The notes beneath the pieces are model-generated. The model made no database searches. It was not told the origin of the DNA and was given only the letters and a program-made list of their open reading frames with translations. Source: Candidatus Woesearchaeota archaeon (GTDB lineage Archaea; Nanobdellota; Nanobdellia; Woesearchaeales; WAPY01). From it: a stretch of 54,034 nt of DNA. Both the position numbers and the translations under genes were made by a program. Position 1 is the first letter of the stretch. Each line of letters opens with the position of its first letter. The stretch lies in contig JAWBOW010000001.1 in NCBI GenBank assembly GCA_038825775.1, positions 1 to 54,034 on the forward strand, given 5' to 3'. Positions 29,001 to 36,778 of this stretch are shown piece after piece.

Positions 29001-29061
29001 CAAACAAAACAAAAACAAAAAACTCAGGCCTCAAAAAACTCCTAAAACTAAAACTCTTCAT
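26029..29061 (-). CDS. large secreted/surface protein (1010 aa), multi-domain and Cys-rich
   Basis: N-terminal signal anchor. DNRLRE-like module (..LRSLVSFDLS..VGVYRITSDWVDKNVSWANQP). Two PKD-like modules. Three C-x-DSDGG-type Cys-rich modules (aa 579-650, 653-753, 844-904). C-terminal Kre9/KNH-like beta-sandwich (..ISWSLSG..YYVWQVP). Confidence 0.85.
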   Translation of the reverse strand: MKSFSFRSFLRPEFFVFVLFALAFVGVFLVGKNFYDEDKVTGFVVSDLPECKKENGCFLLGPVMDTYVYEGSSSKFFSSSSLYVGVKNGKRLRSLVSFDLSSIYNYSKDKRVKNVTLFVYRRGSSSLMSNVDVGVYRITSDWVDKNVSWANQPSFSSKPIGIVSVDSNGWYGFDLTNNSDFLFSRSNYGFLLKSVNESGYNVYNYFYSREGSSFYAPRLMVVFEDNSKPCVLEKVFINGTMNGVVDEIYEFRAVVSYSEGVSKVYFVWEGDGLVNSSGDVAYYSWDSPGAKEVSVFVYGVPARGYSACNASASLNVKVEEVCVRDSSYLESFNSTCCEGLLEIPPIEFLQEECVPLSAYRGFCTKCGDGVCKYPENKCNCPQDCNFENTLILLDKNVSKYDCLEYVINISEDTNILNCVYYLINPDGVRRTNFIGGCVPGRKQVIIIDNVAPDLIKSGYWSLNVFVNYNNNTQKILSEPFYYDNINYAVETKCTLENRSGSDCTHNGKTYSFSWNWLSDVRTVNLTVKYKLGDKETVEYLGIVSECESYILKDGTLLYIGGIPTMVGVVAITLATPATCTDSDGGLNYYVKGSVNDGLFTYTDTCWNLSGNGNPTRYSPYLMEYFCEDNRALNYLFECPKTQVCFEGICVDKGYDTDNSPDYSSLSNFDPYKNRDIYVKGDARGKYLGSNYDVIFGLYPNPEIPRISNYSFSIVYDYCKNEKELIEGFITKDGLLGTFGLTCPSGYSCVDGACVLSSEPLKVDINGPQSLNVNEVGYYYVNASGGSPPYYYSWSSNGRVSVDGSNAAYVWSVPGDYFIEVNVTDSNKNMYALGYSVSVKSTTNCKDSDGGINIFVKGVVNYSGVSYVDTCYDSFNVKEFYCDGNFIKDVLRTCPSNYTCVGGACIESVSSPVFNLLSPRSGEIVVGGYPFMISWSLSGFVGDDLRVRILFDYSGNFTDWRVIVDNLPLSQTYYVWQVPKISCERCSLRVGVYRTSTGTWIKYSNVPIYVK

Positions 29062-29228
29062 AATATCACCTCAAATAAATTATTAATTTTTTTAATAAAT
29101 TTAGAACCCAAAATTGATTTACAACTCAAATTTTTATCTTTAAATACTTCCATACTCAAACACACTCGCTTGCTCGTTAAAAAGAACAAAAAAACAAATT
29201 AATATATAAATCTTACTATTAACTATAC

Positions 29229-29301
29229 TGCTCCTGCGGGGATTTGAACCCCGGTCACAACCTCCGCAGGGTTGTATACTTCCAGGCTATACTACAGGAG
29301 C
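29229..29301 (-). tRNA. tRNA-Arg (anticodon GCG)
   Basis: Hand-folded cloverleaf: acceptor GCTCCTG/CAGGAGC, anticodon stem CAACC/GGTTG with loop CTGCGGA, T arm CGGGG-TTCAAAT-CCCCG, discriminator A. No encoded CCA. Confidence 0.85.
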
Positions 29302-29317
29302 AAATGTTAAAAAAAAA

Positions 29318-29392
29318 TGGGGCTGCCCGGATTTGAACCGGGGTTGCTAGCACCCCAAGCTAGAGTGATAGACCAAACTACACTACAGCCCC
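29318..29392 (-). tRNA. tRNA-Pro (anticodon GGG)
   Basis: Acceptor GGGGCTG/CAGCCCC, anticodon stem CTAGC/GCTAG with loop TTGGGGT (G37), T arm CCCGG-TTCAAAT-CCGGG. Confidence 0.85.
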
Positions 29393-29555
29393 AAAAGGAA
29401 AAAAACTATTTCTTATATGAAATGTTAATTTTTAAATTTAACTAATTTTTTGATTTTTAAGTTTTGATTTTTATATACTTTGTTTTGATTATTTAAAACA
29501 CAAAAACTTTTAAACAAATAATGATTTATTAGAAAAAAATAAAGGGGTGGTTTTT

Positions 29556-30518
29556 TTGAAGGAAAGCATTAGTGAGAGTTTAGAAAAATATTCTAAATAT
29601 GTTTTAGAAGCTTCAAAGCTCGGAAATTTTAAGGTTAAGGGTAAGATTAATAAGATCGTTGTTTGTGGTGTTGGGGGTAGTGGTATTGCTGCTGATATAG
29701 TAAAGTCTTATTTAGAAAATATTAAGGTTAAAATTCCTGTTATTGTGAATAAGGATTTTGAATTGAATCCAAGTGCCGATGATAAAACATTGGTTTTTAT
29801 TATTTCTTACTCTGGAAATACTGTTGAAACTTTATCATGCTATGAAGAAGCTTTAAAGAAAAAGTGTAAGATCGTAGCAATAAGTTCTAATGGTTTTCTT
29901 GAAAAACTTTGCAAGAAAAATAAAACTAAAATGATAAAAATTCCCCAGAACATGCATCCAAGGGCTTGCCTGCAATTCTTGTTAATTCCAATGTTGAATG
30001 TGATAAAGAATACTTTGTGTTTAAAAGAGATAAATTTTGAGGAGATTGCAAAAGAATTAGAAAATAGTGATGTTAAGTCGTACGCTCTTAAACTCTCAAA
30101 GAGAATAAATAAAAAGATTCCCATAATTTATTCTTCACAAAAAATAAAGCCGATAATTCTTAGGTGGAAGCAACAGTTTAATGAAAACTGTAAGATTCCT
30201 GCTTTTTGCAACATCTTTCCAGAGCTCTGTCATAATGAGATTGAGAGTTACGAGCTTAAACAAAAAAATTTTTTTGTGATTATAATTATGGATAATAATG
30301 ATAATAAAAAAACAAACAAAGAGATTCTTGCTTTTAAGGAAGTTATTTCGGATAAAGTTAATAGTGAAATTGTTTTTTTGAAAGGAAAGAATTTTCTGAG
30401 CAAGTTGTTTTATGGTTTTTATTTAGGTGATGTTTTAAGTTTAGAACTTTCAAAATTATTAAATGTTGATCCTGATAATGTTAATCTTATAAACAAGTTA
30501 AAAGAGAAACTAAAATAA
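29556..30518 (+). CDS. bifunctional phosphoglucose/phosphomannose isomerase-like SIS protein (paralog 1)
   Basis: SIS motifs VVCGVGGSGIAADI and SYSGNT, and a C-terminal PGI/PMI-type domain (..FPELCHNEI..). Probable TTG start at 29556 after SD GGGGTGG; the track start at 29547 is the SD's GTG. Confidence 0.75.
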   Translation: MKESISESLEKYSKYVLEASKLGNFKVKGKINKIVVCGVGGSGIAADIVKSYLENIKVKIPVIVNKDFELNPSADDKTLVFIISYSGNTVETLSCYEEALKKKCKIVAISSNGFLEKLCKKNKTKMIKIPQNMHPRACLQFLLIPMLNVIKNTLCLKEINFEEIAKELENSDVKSYALKLSKRINKKIPIIYSSQKIKPIILRWKQQFNENCKIPAFCNIFPELCHNEIESYELKQKNFFVIIIMDNNDNKKTNKEILAFKEVISDKVNSEIVFLKGKNFLSKLFYGFYLGDVLSLELSKLLNVDPDNVNLINKLKEKLK

Positions 30519-30555
30519 TTTTTTGAGAGATTTTTTAAATTTTTATTTAAATTTC

Positions 30556-32991
30556 TTATGAGATTATTCTGCTTATTCCGTTCTCCTTTGCTATTCTTAT
30601 TATAGTATCAACAAAACTCTCTATCTTTTGTTCATGACTTACAATAATAACTTGTTTCATGTCAAGTGCTTTTATAACATCCCTCACCTTGTCAAGTTGT
30701 TGGGAAGAAAAACCGTCTGTTGGTTCGTCCAAAATTATTATGTCCTTTGTTTTTATTCCGTGAGTTATATCATTAATAACCTTGTTTAAAGCTAACCTGT
30801 AAGCTAATGCTAAACTTGTTTTTTCTCCTCCTGACAAACTCTCAATTTCTATTTCATAGTTGTTTTGCTCAACTATTGGTGTAAAATCCTCATCTAACCT
30901 GGCAGTTATTGTTTCGTCTCCCATTAGCATGTTAAACCATTCTTTGAAGAGTTCGTTAAATTCGTAATGCAAAGAACTCATAACTTGCTTTTCCATCAGC
31001 AATATTATATTTGTGAAGTGTTCTTCAATCCAATACTTAAATGATTTTAATTTGTTGAGCTTTTCTTTTGCTTCTAGAATCTTTTGTATTTCTTCACTAA
31101 CTCTTTTTAATTGGGTGTCAATCATTGAAATTTCTTTTGTAAGGGATGCTTTTTTTATTTCAAGTTCTTTTTGTTCTTTTTTTAACTCTTCTACAATCTT
31201 TTCTTTTTCTTTAAGTTTATTTTCTATTCCTTCAAAATTTTTTAGTTCTTTCTTTATCAAATCTATTTTTTCTGTGTGGTTTTTTATTTCTGCTTCGCTT
31301 TCGAGAACTTGTTTTAAGAAGCTGTTTTTTTCTTTATCTTTCTCAACTAAAAGTGCAGAGTGCTTTTCAAAATCGTTGATAAGCTCTAAGTCATTTTTTA
31401 GTTTTTTTAGTTCGTCTGTTTTTACTTCAAGCTCTTCTTTACTCTTTAATTTTTGATTAAGTTTTTTTATTTCCTCCTTTGTTTTTTCTAATTGGACTTC
31501 TCTTTGCAATAAAAGCGAAAGCTCTTCGTTGAGCTTATTAAATTGTTCTGTTTCTTTAGCAAGTTGTATTTTTTGTTCTGAGATTTCGTTCAATTTGTCG
31601 TTAATTTCTAAGAATTCCCTATTGAGTTCTTTTTCTGATTTTTCTAAGTCCAAAATTTCATTCTCTGTTTTTAGAATGATTTCATTGTTTTCTTTCATTA
31701 ATTTTTCTTTGTAAGAATCTGTTATTTCTTGCATGCAGAGGGGGCATTTCTTTGAAGAGTTTAAGGTTTTGATGACATTTTTGAGATTAGATATGAGTGC
31801 TTTCTTGCTTATCAAATCATTTCTTATTGAGCTTATTTTTTGATCAATCTCCTTTTTCTTTTCCAAAAAGGTATTTTCTTTTGAGATTAAGAGTTTCTTT
31901 TCTTCTATGCTCTTTTTCTTAACCTGAATTTCGTTCTCTAAAGAATTCTTTTTTAGGATTTCAGAATTTAACTCTAAAATTTTATTGTTCAGGATTTCAA
32001 TTTCCTTTTGAGAGCTGAATACTTCGTTTTTAATTTTTTCAATTTCATCTTCTTTCTTTTTTATTTTAAGTTTTATTTCTTCCTTGTTTTCTTTTACTGA
32101 AAAACCCTTTATCTTTTCTCTTATTAGGGATATTTCCTTTTCAATTGTTTCTATTTTTTCTCTGTAAATAGAGATTTGTTTTTTCTTTTCTTCAATCATT
32201 GAGTTTATAACTTCAAGATTCTTTTTTAGTTCCAATGATTTATTGTAATTTTCTTTAATTAAATTGTAATCTTTATTTTCAGAATCTAGTTTGTTATTTA
32301 AGGATAAAAGTTCTTTTTCAATTGTTTTTAAGCTCTTTTCAAGTTCTGTTCTTTGTGCTTTTAAATCGTTTAATTCTTGTTTTTTCTGCTCTAAGTTCTC
32401 TGCCCTTATGCTTTCCTCACTTATCTTTTCTTTTAAATAATTTAGGATTATTTGCGAATTTTCGATTATTGTTTTGTAACGGTCTATCCCAAACAATTTT
32501 CTTATAGTATCTAATCTTTCATCACTCTTTTCAAATAGAATTTGTTTCATCTGTTCTTGAGGAGTATAGACTGTAAATCTGTAAATTAGGGATTTTTTCT
32601 TTGAAGCTAAAGAAAGAGGATAACCTAAAATTCTTATTATTTCATTCTTCATCTCAACGGGTGTAAGTTCTTTTTTAATGTTATCAATTATTAAATATCC
32701 GGAAGTTTGAACTGTCTTTTCAGAAGATCTTTTTAAACTCCTCTTTATAATAAAATTCTTTCCTTCAATTTCGAACTCAAGCTCAACAGAACCCTGATTT
32801 TTTCCTTTTCTCAAAAGAGAGTTTGGTGAGATTTCATTCGTTGCTCCAAAGAGTGCAAACTCAATTGCTAACAGTATAGAGCTCTTTCCAGAGCCAATAT
32901 CCCCACTCAATAGGATGCTTCCTTCTGGAAAAATAAACTCTTCTTCAGAATAACTCCTTATGTTGTGCAACTTTACTCTCTTTATAAGCAT
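30556..32991 (-). CDS. rad50: DNA double-strand break repair ATPase Rad50
   Basis: Walker A GDIGSGKSS, ~600-aa coiled coil with zinc hook KKCPLCMQ, signature SLSGGEKT, Walker B IIILDEPT, H-loop VSHE. 811 aa. Confidence 0.9.
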   Translation of the reverse strand: MLIKRVKLHNIRSYSEEEFIFPEGSILLSGDIGSGKSSILLAIEFALFGATNEISPNSLLRKGKNQGSVELEFEIEGKNFIIKRSLKRSSEKTVQTSGYLIIDNIKKELTPVEMKNEIIRILGYPLSLASKKKSLIYRFTVYTPQEQMKQILFEKSDERLDTIRKLFGIDRYKTIIENSQIILNYLKEKISEESIRAENLEQKKQELNDLKAQRTELEKSLKTIEKELLSLNNKLDSENKDYNLIKENYNKSLELKKNLEVINSMIEEKKKQISIYREKIETIEKEISLIREKIKGFSVKENKEEIKLKIKKKEDEIEKIKNEVFSSQKEIEILNNKILELNSEILKKNSLENEIQVKKKSIEEKKLLISKENTFLEKKKEIDQKISSIRNDLISKKALISNLKNVIKTLNSSKKCPLCMQEITDSYKEKLMKENNEIILKTENEILDLEKSEKELNREFLEINDKLNEISEQKIQLAKETEQFNKLNEELSLLLQREVQLEKTKEEIKKLNQKLKSKEELEVKTDELKKLKNDLELINDFEKHSALLVEKDKEKNSFLKQVLESEAEIKNHTEKIDLIKKELKNFEGIENKLKEKEKIVEELKKEQKELEIKKASLTKEISMIDTQLKRVSEEIQKILEAKEKLNKLKSFKYWIEEHFTNIILLMEKQVMSSLHYEFNELFKEWFNMLMGDETITARLDEDFTPIVEQNNYEIEIESLSGGEKTSLALAYRLALNKVINDITHGIKTKDIIILDEPTDGFSSQQLDKVRDVIKALDMKQVIIVSHEQKIESFVDTIIRIAKENGISRIIS

Positions 32992-33131
32992 ATTAAGAAG
33001 AGATTATATTTTATTTAATAAATTTTATGTTAATTAATGCTTTTTAGATAATAATAAAAAAATACAAAAAGCGTTTTTAATACTACTTTATAATAAAAAA
33101 ATTTATATACTTAAAAATATTTTTTTGAGTT

Positions 33132-33671
33132 ATGTCAGTATCTGACAAACTCATAGAAGAAAGTCTAACAAACTACAAAAATGAAAATAGAAGCAATGAA
33201 AGAGATATCTCAAACATAATATTTGTTATGAGTTCATACATAGAACCGTTAATCAAAAACAGATTTAACGAATACAAAGTAGAATTCTTTTATAATTATA
33301 AAAAAGCAATTGAGTATTTAAAAAAGGAATATAAAGATAATAATTTGCAAAATGTAAAACTTTTAATCATTGATGAAGAACTAATACCTGAGATTTTAAA
33401 ATCAAAAGAAGAAAACAAAAATTTAGAAGAATTAGTTAGTTTTAGTGAGCAAAATGGAATTGCAGTAATATTATTAAATCCTTACTTAAAAGTAAATTAT
33501 AATAATAAAAAACTAAAAGTTGAAGACGAACTTTTTGATAACAAAAATGTATTTGAAGAACTTTTAGAAAAGAAAAAAACAAGAATATACTTTTTTAATC
33601 TTTTAGAGAGCATTGAGAGCATAAAGAAATACCTAAAGTATGTTTGTGATGAAAATAATTTTAGTAAATAA
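33132..33671 (+). CDS. hypothetical protein, 179 aa (possibly a degenerate receiver-like alpha/beta domain)
   Basis: ORF with an AT-rich promoter region. VKLLIIDEELIPE resembles a receiver beta3-Asp region, but the N-terminal acidic pair is missing. Weak. Confidence 0.55.
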   Translation: MSVSDKLIEESLTNYKNENRSNERDISNIIFVMSSYIEPLIKNRFNEYKVEFFYNYKKAIEYLKKEYKDNNLQNVKLLIIDEELIPEILKSKEENKNLEELVSFSEQNGIAVILLNPYLKVNYNNKKLKVEDELFDNKNVFEELLEKKKTRIYFFNLLESIESIKKYLKYVCDENNFSK

Positions 33672-33762
33672 GACGTTCTAAAATATTTTTGTTTAAGTTA
33701 GTTTGTTTTTACAGAAATATTTTTAAAGAAACAAAAAATTTATTCTAAAAAAGGTGGTTTTT

Positions 33763-34734
33763 ATGAAGGAAACAATTGCTGAAAGTTTAGAAAAGTATTC
33801 TGATTATATCTTAGAAGCATCAAAGCTCGGAAATGTAAAGATAATGGGTTCTATTGATAAAATAGTTGTGTGTGGGGTTGGAAACTCTGGAATAGTTGGG
33901 AATCTTTTAAAAAATTACTTCGAAGAGTTGGCATTAAAGATTCCTGTTTTTCCGGTTAAGGATTTTGAAATCCCTGTTTTTTGTGATAGCAAAACTTTAG
34001 TTTTTATAGTCTCTTGTTCAGGAAACACTCTTGAAGCAATAAAGTGTTATAGGAGTGCTGTAGGTAGAGGTTGTAAAATAATAACAATAACAGCAGGTGG
34101 AAAATTAAGGGAAATATGCAAAGAAAATAATGTGGATGTTATTAAAATTCCTGAGAATGTTTATTCAATAGCAGCTTTTCCATTCCTCTTCATTCCAATA
34201 TTGAATGTGCTTAAGCAGAACAACTTAATAGAGGAGATTGATTTCAACAGCATAGCTGAAATACTAAAAAGGGCGAATTTTCAGGCAAAAGTTTCAGAAA
34301 TTTCTAAAAAACTTGTTAATAAAACACCAATAATTTACTCTTCAAAAAGATTTGAAGGTGTTGCTATAAGGTGGAAGAACTCTTTTAATGAAATAGCAAA
34401 GATAGAAGCACATTATAATGTTTTTCCAGAAGTTGCTCATAATGAAATAAATGCTTTTGAAGAAGCAAAGCCAAACAACTTTTTAATATTCATAGTTGAT
34501 GAGGATGATAATAAGTATGTTAAAAAACAGATTGATTCTTTTAGAAATCTTATTATAAAAAAAGCAGAATCAACAGAACTAAGATTAAAAGGTGCTGATT
34601 ATCTTAAAAAATTGTTCTTGGCAGTTTACATTGGAGATTTGATAAGCTTAGAACTTTGCGAGCTATTAGAAAAAAATCCTGAAGAAACAAAAATGAAAAA
34701 CCAAATAAAAGAGGAAACATCAAGAGTAATATAA
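33763..34734 (+). CDS. bifunctional phosphoglucose/phosphomannose isomerase-like SIS protein (paralog 2)
   Basis: About 45-50% identical by eye to 29556..30518 (VVCGVGNSGIVGNL, SCSGNT, FPEVAHNEI). ATG at 33763 after SD AGGTGG. Confidence 0.75.
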   Translation: MKETIAESLEKYSDYILEASKLGNVKIMGSIDKIVVCGVGNSGIVGNLLKNYFEELALKIPVFPVKDFEIPVFCDSKTLVFIVSCSGNTLEAIKCYRSAVGRGCKIITITAGGKLREICKENNVDVIKIPENVYSIAAFPFLFIPILNVLKQNNLIEEIDFNSIAEILKRANFQAKVSEISKKLVNKTPIIYSSKRFEGVAIRWKNSFNEIAKIEAHYNVFPEVAHNEINAFEEAKPNNFLIFIVDEDDNKYVKKQIDSFRNLIIKKAESTELRLKGADYLKKLFLAVYIGDLISLELCELLEKNPEETKMKNQIKEETSRVI

Positions 34735-34750
34735 AAATTTGAATTGCAAA

Positions 34751-35644
34751 ATGATTGTTGGAGTTGATTTGGGAGGAACAAAAATCAGGGCTGGTCTGAT
34801 AAACAAGTTTGAGGTTAAAAAAGAGATAACCCTGTTGACAAATGCAAAACAAGGCAGGAAGAAAGTTCTTAAAACATTATTTGAAGCGATAGATTATGTT
34901 TTTGATAATAATGTAGAAAAAATAGGAATCGCAGTTGCTGGAAGCACTGATGGAAAGAAAGTTTTTGAAGCGACAAACATAAAGTGTTTGAATAATATTA
35001 ACTTAGCTTCAATAATAAGCAAGAGATATGGAGTAAAGTGTTTTTTAGAGAATGATGCTAATGCATTTGCTCTTGCAGAATACCATTTTATAAAAAAGAA
35101 AAACCCAAAGTTAAAGAACCTTGTTGGAATAACATTGGGCACAGGAGTTGGTGGTGGCATAATAATTAATGGAGAAATTTATAGGGGAAGCTTTTTCTCA
35201 GCAGGAGAGATTGGGCATATGAGTATAGCATCAAACTTAATTAAGTGTGGTTGTGGAAATTATGATTGCTTTGAAGTTTACTGCAATGGAAAAGCAATTG
35301 AGAGATACTATTATGAGCTTACAAAGAAAAGAGTTCCAAGCGATATGATTGGAAAAGAGATAAGTAAGGACAAGAATGCACTAAAAGCAATTCATACTTA
35401 TTCAAAGTATTTGGGAATTGGTTTGGTAAACATAGCAAACATATTCAGTCCTGAATACATAGTAATTGGTGGTGGAATTTCAAAATTAGATGAAATTTAT
35501 AAGCCGGCAATAAAACACTTCAAAAGATACGCTTTAAAATCAGTTAAGAAAACAAAGATAATAAAATCAAGATTGGGAGATAATAGCATTGTAATAGGTG
35601 CTTCCATGCTAAGTTTTAGTTCAAAGAAAAAGAAAAAATTCTAA
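34751..35644 (+). CDS. ROK-family sugar kinase (glucokinase-like)
   Basis: VGVDLGGTK, TLGTGVGGGIIING and the ROK zinc motif GHMSI..CGCGNYDCFE. ATG at 34751 preferred over the track TTG at 34739. Confidence 0.85.
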   Translation: MIVGVDLGGTKIRAGLINKFEVKKEITLLTNAKQGRKKVLKTLFEAIDYVFDNNVEKIGIAVAGSTDGKKVFEATNIKCLNNINLASIISKRYGVKCFLENDANAFALAEYHFIKKKNPKLKNLVGITLGTGVGGGIIINGEIYRGSFFSAGEIGHMSIASNLIKCGCGNYDCFEVYCNGKAIERYYYELTKKRVPSDMIGKEISKDKNALKAIHTYSKYLGIGLVNIANIFSPEYIVIGGGISKLDEIYKPAIKHFKRYALKSVKKTKIIKSRLGDNSIVIGASMLSFSSKKKKKF

Positions 35645-35683
35645 ATATTGAAAAATCATAAAATCAAAAATTTTAAGTTTTAA

Positions 35684-35848
35684 TTATTCTTCTCCAAAAT
35701 CCTCTTTCATGGCTTCTTCAAGAATGTCCTGTGCAGTTCCTTCTTTTACCAAAGTCCCTATCTTTCCACAATAAGGACATGTTCTTGGTTTCTTGTCAGA
35801 TTTTGTTTGGAATCTGTAACCGCATGATTTGCAATAATATTTTGCCAT
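35684..35848 (-). CDS. zinc-ribbon mini-protein (54 aa)
   Basis: MAKYYCKSCGYRFQTKSDKKPRTCPYCGKIGTLVKEG.. (CxxC-x15-CxxC) with an acidic tail. Below the ORF-track cut-off. Confidence 0.6.
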   Translation of the reverse strand: MAKYYCKSCGYRFQTKSDKKPRTCPYCGKIGTLVKEGTAQDILEEAMKEDFGEE

Positions 35849-35919
35849 TTTAACCACCAAAACATTTTTTGATTTAAAAAGTTTTTGGAAAAAACAACAA
35901 AAAAATTTTTTGTAATTTT

Positions 35920-36474
35920 TTATCTTACCTTCTCTGCTCCTCTTCCCTTATTCAAAAGTCCTCTGGATTTCTTAGCAGCACTTGTTAGTCCTCTGAAAAC
36001 TCTTCTTCTATGCTGTTTCTCTGCAATCCAATTTATGTTCTTATCAGCCAATATTGAAGGATGTGATTTGTCAACCAAGATTACCTCATACCAATAGTAT
36101 TTTCCGTCCTTTGCAACAAAATAAGAGTTTAGGACTTCTAAGTTTGGGTATTTTCTTGCAGCTCTTCTCTCAGCAACAACTTGATAGCTTGTCTCTAAAT
36201 CTAATCTGTTACTCATGTGCTTTGACTTTCTTCCAGCACGGGCTTTTTCACGCTTTCTGCCACCTCTCATAACTCTCTGTCTAACAATTATAAACCCTGG
36301 TTTTGCTTTGTATCCTAAAGACCTAGCTCTATCCAATCTTGTTGGTTTTTCAATTCTCACAGTTGAAGGTTCTTTTCTCCAAGAAATCAATCTTTCTCTC
36401 CAAAGCTCGTTTAATTCTTTTCTAAGTTCTTTTGGTTTTTTCCAAGTTTCTCTCAAATACTTGTACAGAGCCAT
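35920..36474 (-). CDS. rpl15e: 50S ribosomal protein L15e (eL15)
   Basis: [16 protein letters not shown].. is a typical eL15 N-terminus, and the protein is very basic. The ATG at 36474 is preceded by GGAGG; the track start at 36489 lies inside the SD. Confidence 0.9.
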   Translation of the reverse strand: MALYKYLRETWKKPKELRKELNELWRERLISWRKEPSTVRIEKPTRLDRARSLGYKAKPGFIIVRQRVMRGGRKREKARAGRKSKHMSNRLDLETSYQVVAERRAARKYPNLEVLNSYFVAKDGKYYWYEVILVDKSHPSILADKNINWIAEKQHRRRVFRGLTSAAKKSRGLLNKGRGAEKVR

Positions 36475-36778
36475 AAAATCAGCCTCCATTATTTTATTAT
36501 AAAATTTTTCCTAGCTTTTTGGTTCGGGTAAGCCATCACCCACATCCCGCAAGATAGGATTTTCAAACTCTTTATAAAGCTTTTTATTTTTGACTTTTTA
36601 TTTTAAAATTTTTTGTTTTCAAAGAATTTTTTTGAGAAAAGAATATTATCCTAAAAGGTGATTTTTCTTAAGAATTCGCAAAATTAAGTGTCTTGTTCTG
36701 GATTATTTTTATTAAGCTCTTTAACTAAGTTTTTCTTTAAATTTTTGCAAACAAAAAAAAACAAGAGGTGTTGATGTT

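Noticed and set aside
31013-31456. 147-aa plus-strand ORF, and similar ORFs at 31529..31714 and 32322..32507, inside rad50.
   Set aside because: These are antisense shadows of the K/E-rich coiled coil. They translate to S/F/L low complexity and have no start signals.
30556-32991. Rad50-like ATPase considered as part of an SMC-type defence system (Wadjet/Lamassu-like), since mre11 is missing.
   Set aside because: It has the canonical Rad50 features (CxxC zinc hook mid-coil, Rad50-type N- and C-terminal ATPase motifs). No associated nuclease or kleisin-like genes flank it, so it is treated as housekeeping rad50 with an operon break.
35885-36502. Plus-strand ORFs overlapping rpl15e (35885..36097, 36054..36272, 36215..36502).
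   Set aside because: They are antisense to a confidently identified ribosomal protein gene.
36505-36560. GC-rich island (GGTTCGGGTAAGCCATCACCCACATCCCGC) in the A/T-rich spacer upstream of rpl15e. On the minus strand it contains GTGATGG and a downstream CTGA, reminiscent of a C/D-box sRNA.
   Set aside because: The C box is imperfect. I find no convincing C'/D' boxes with correct ~12-nt guide spacing, the only stem is 4 bp, and the CTGA lies inside the rpl15e SD/start region. This is not enough to call an RNA gene.
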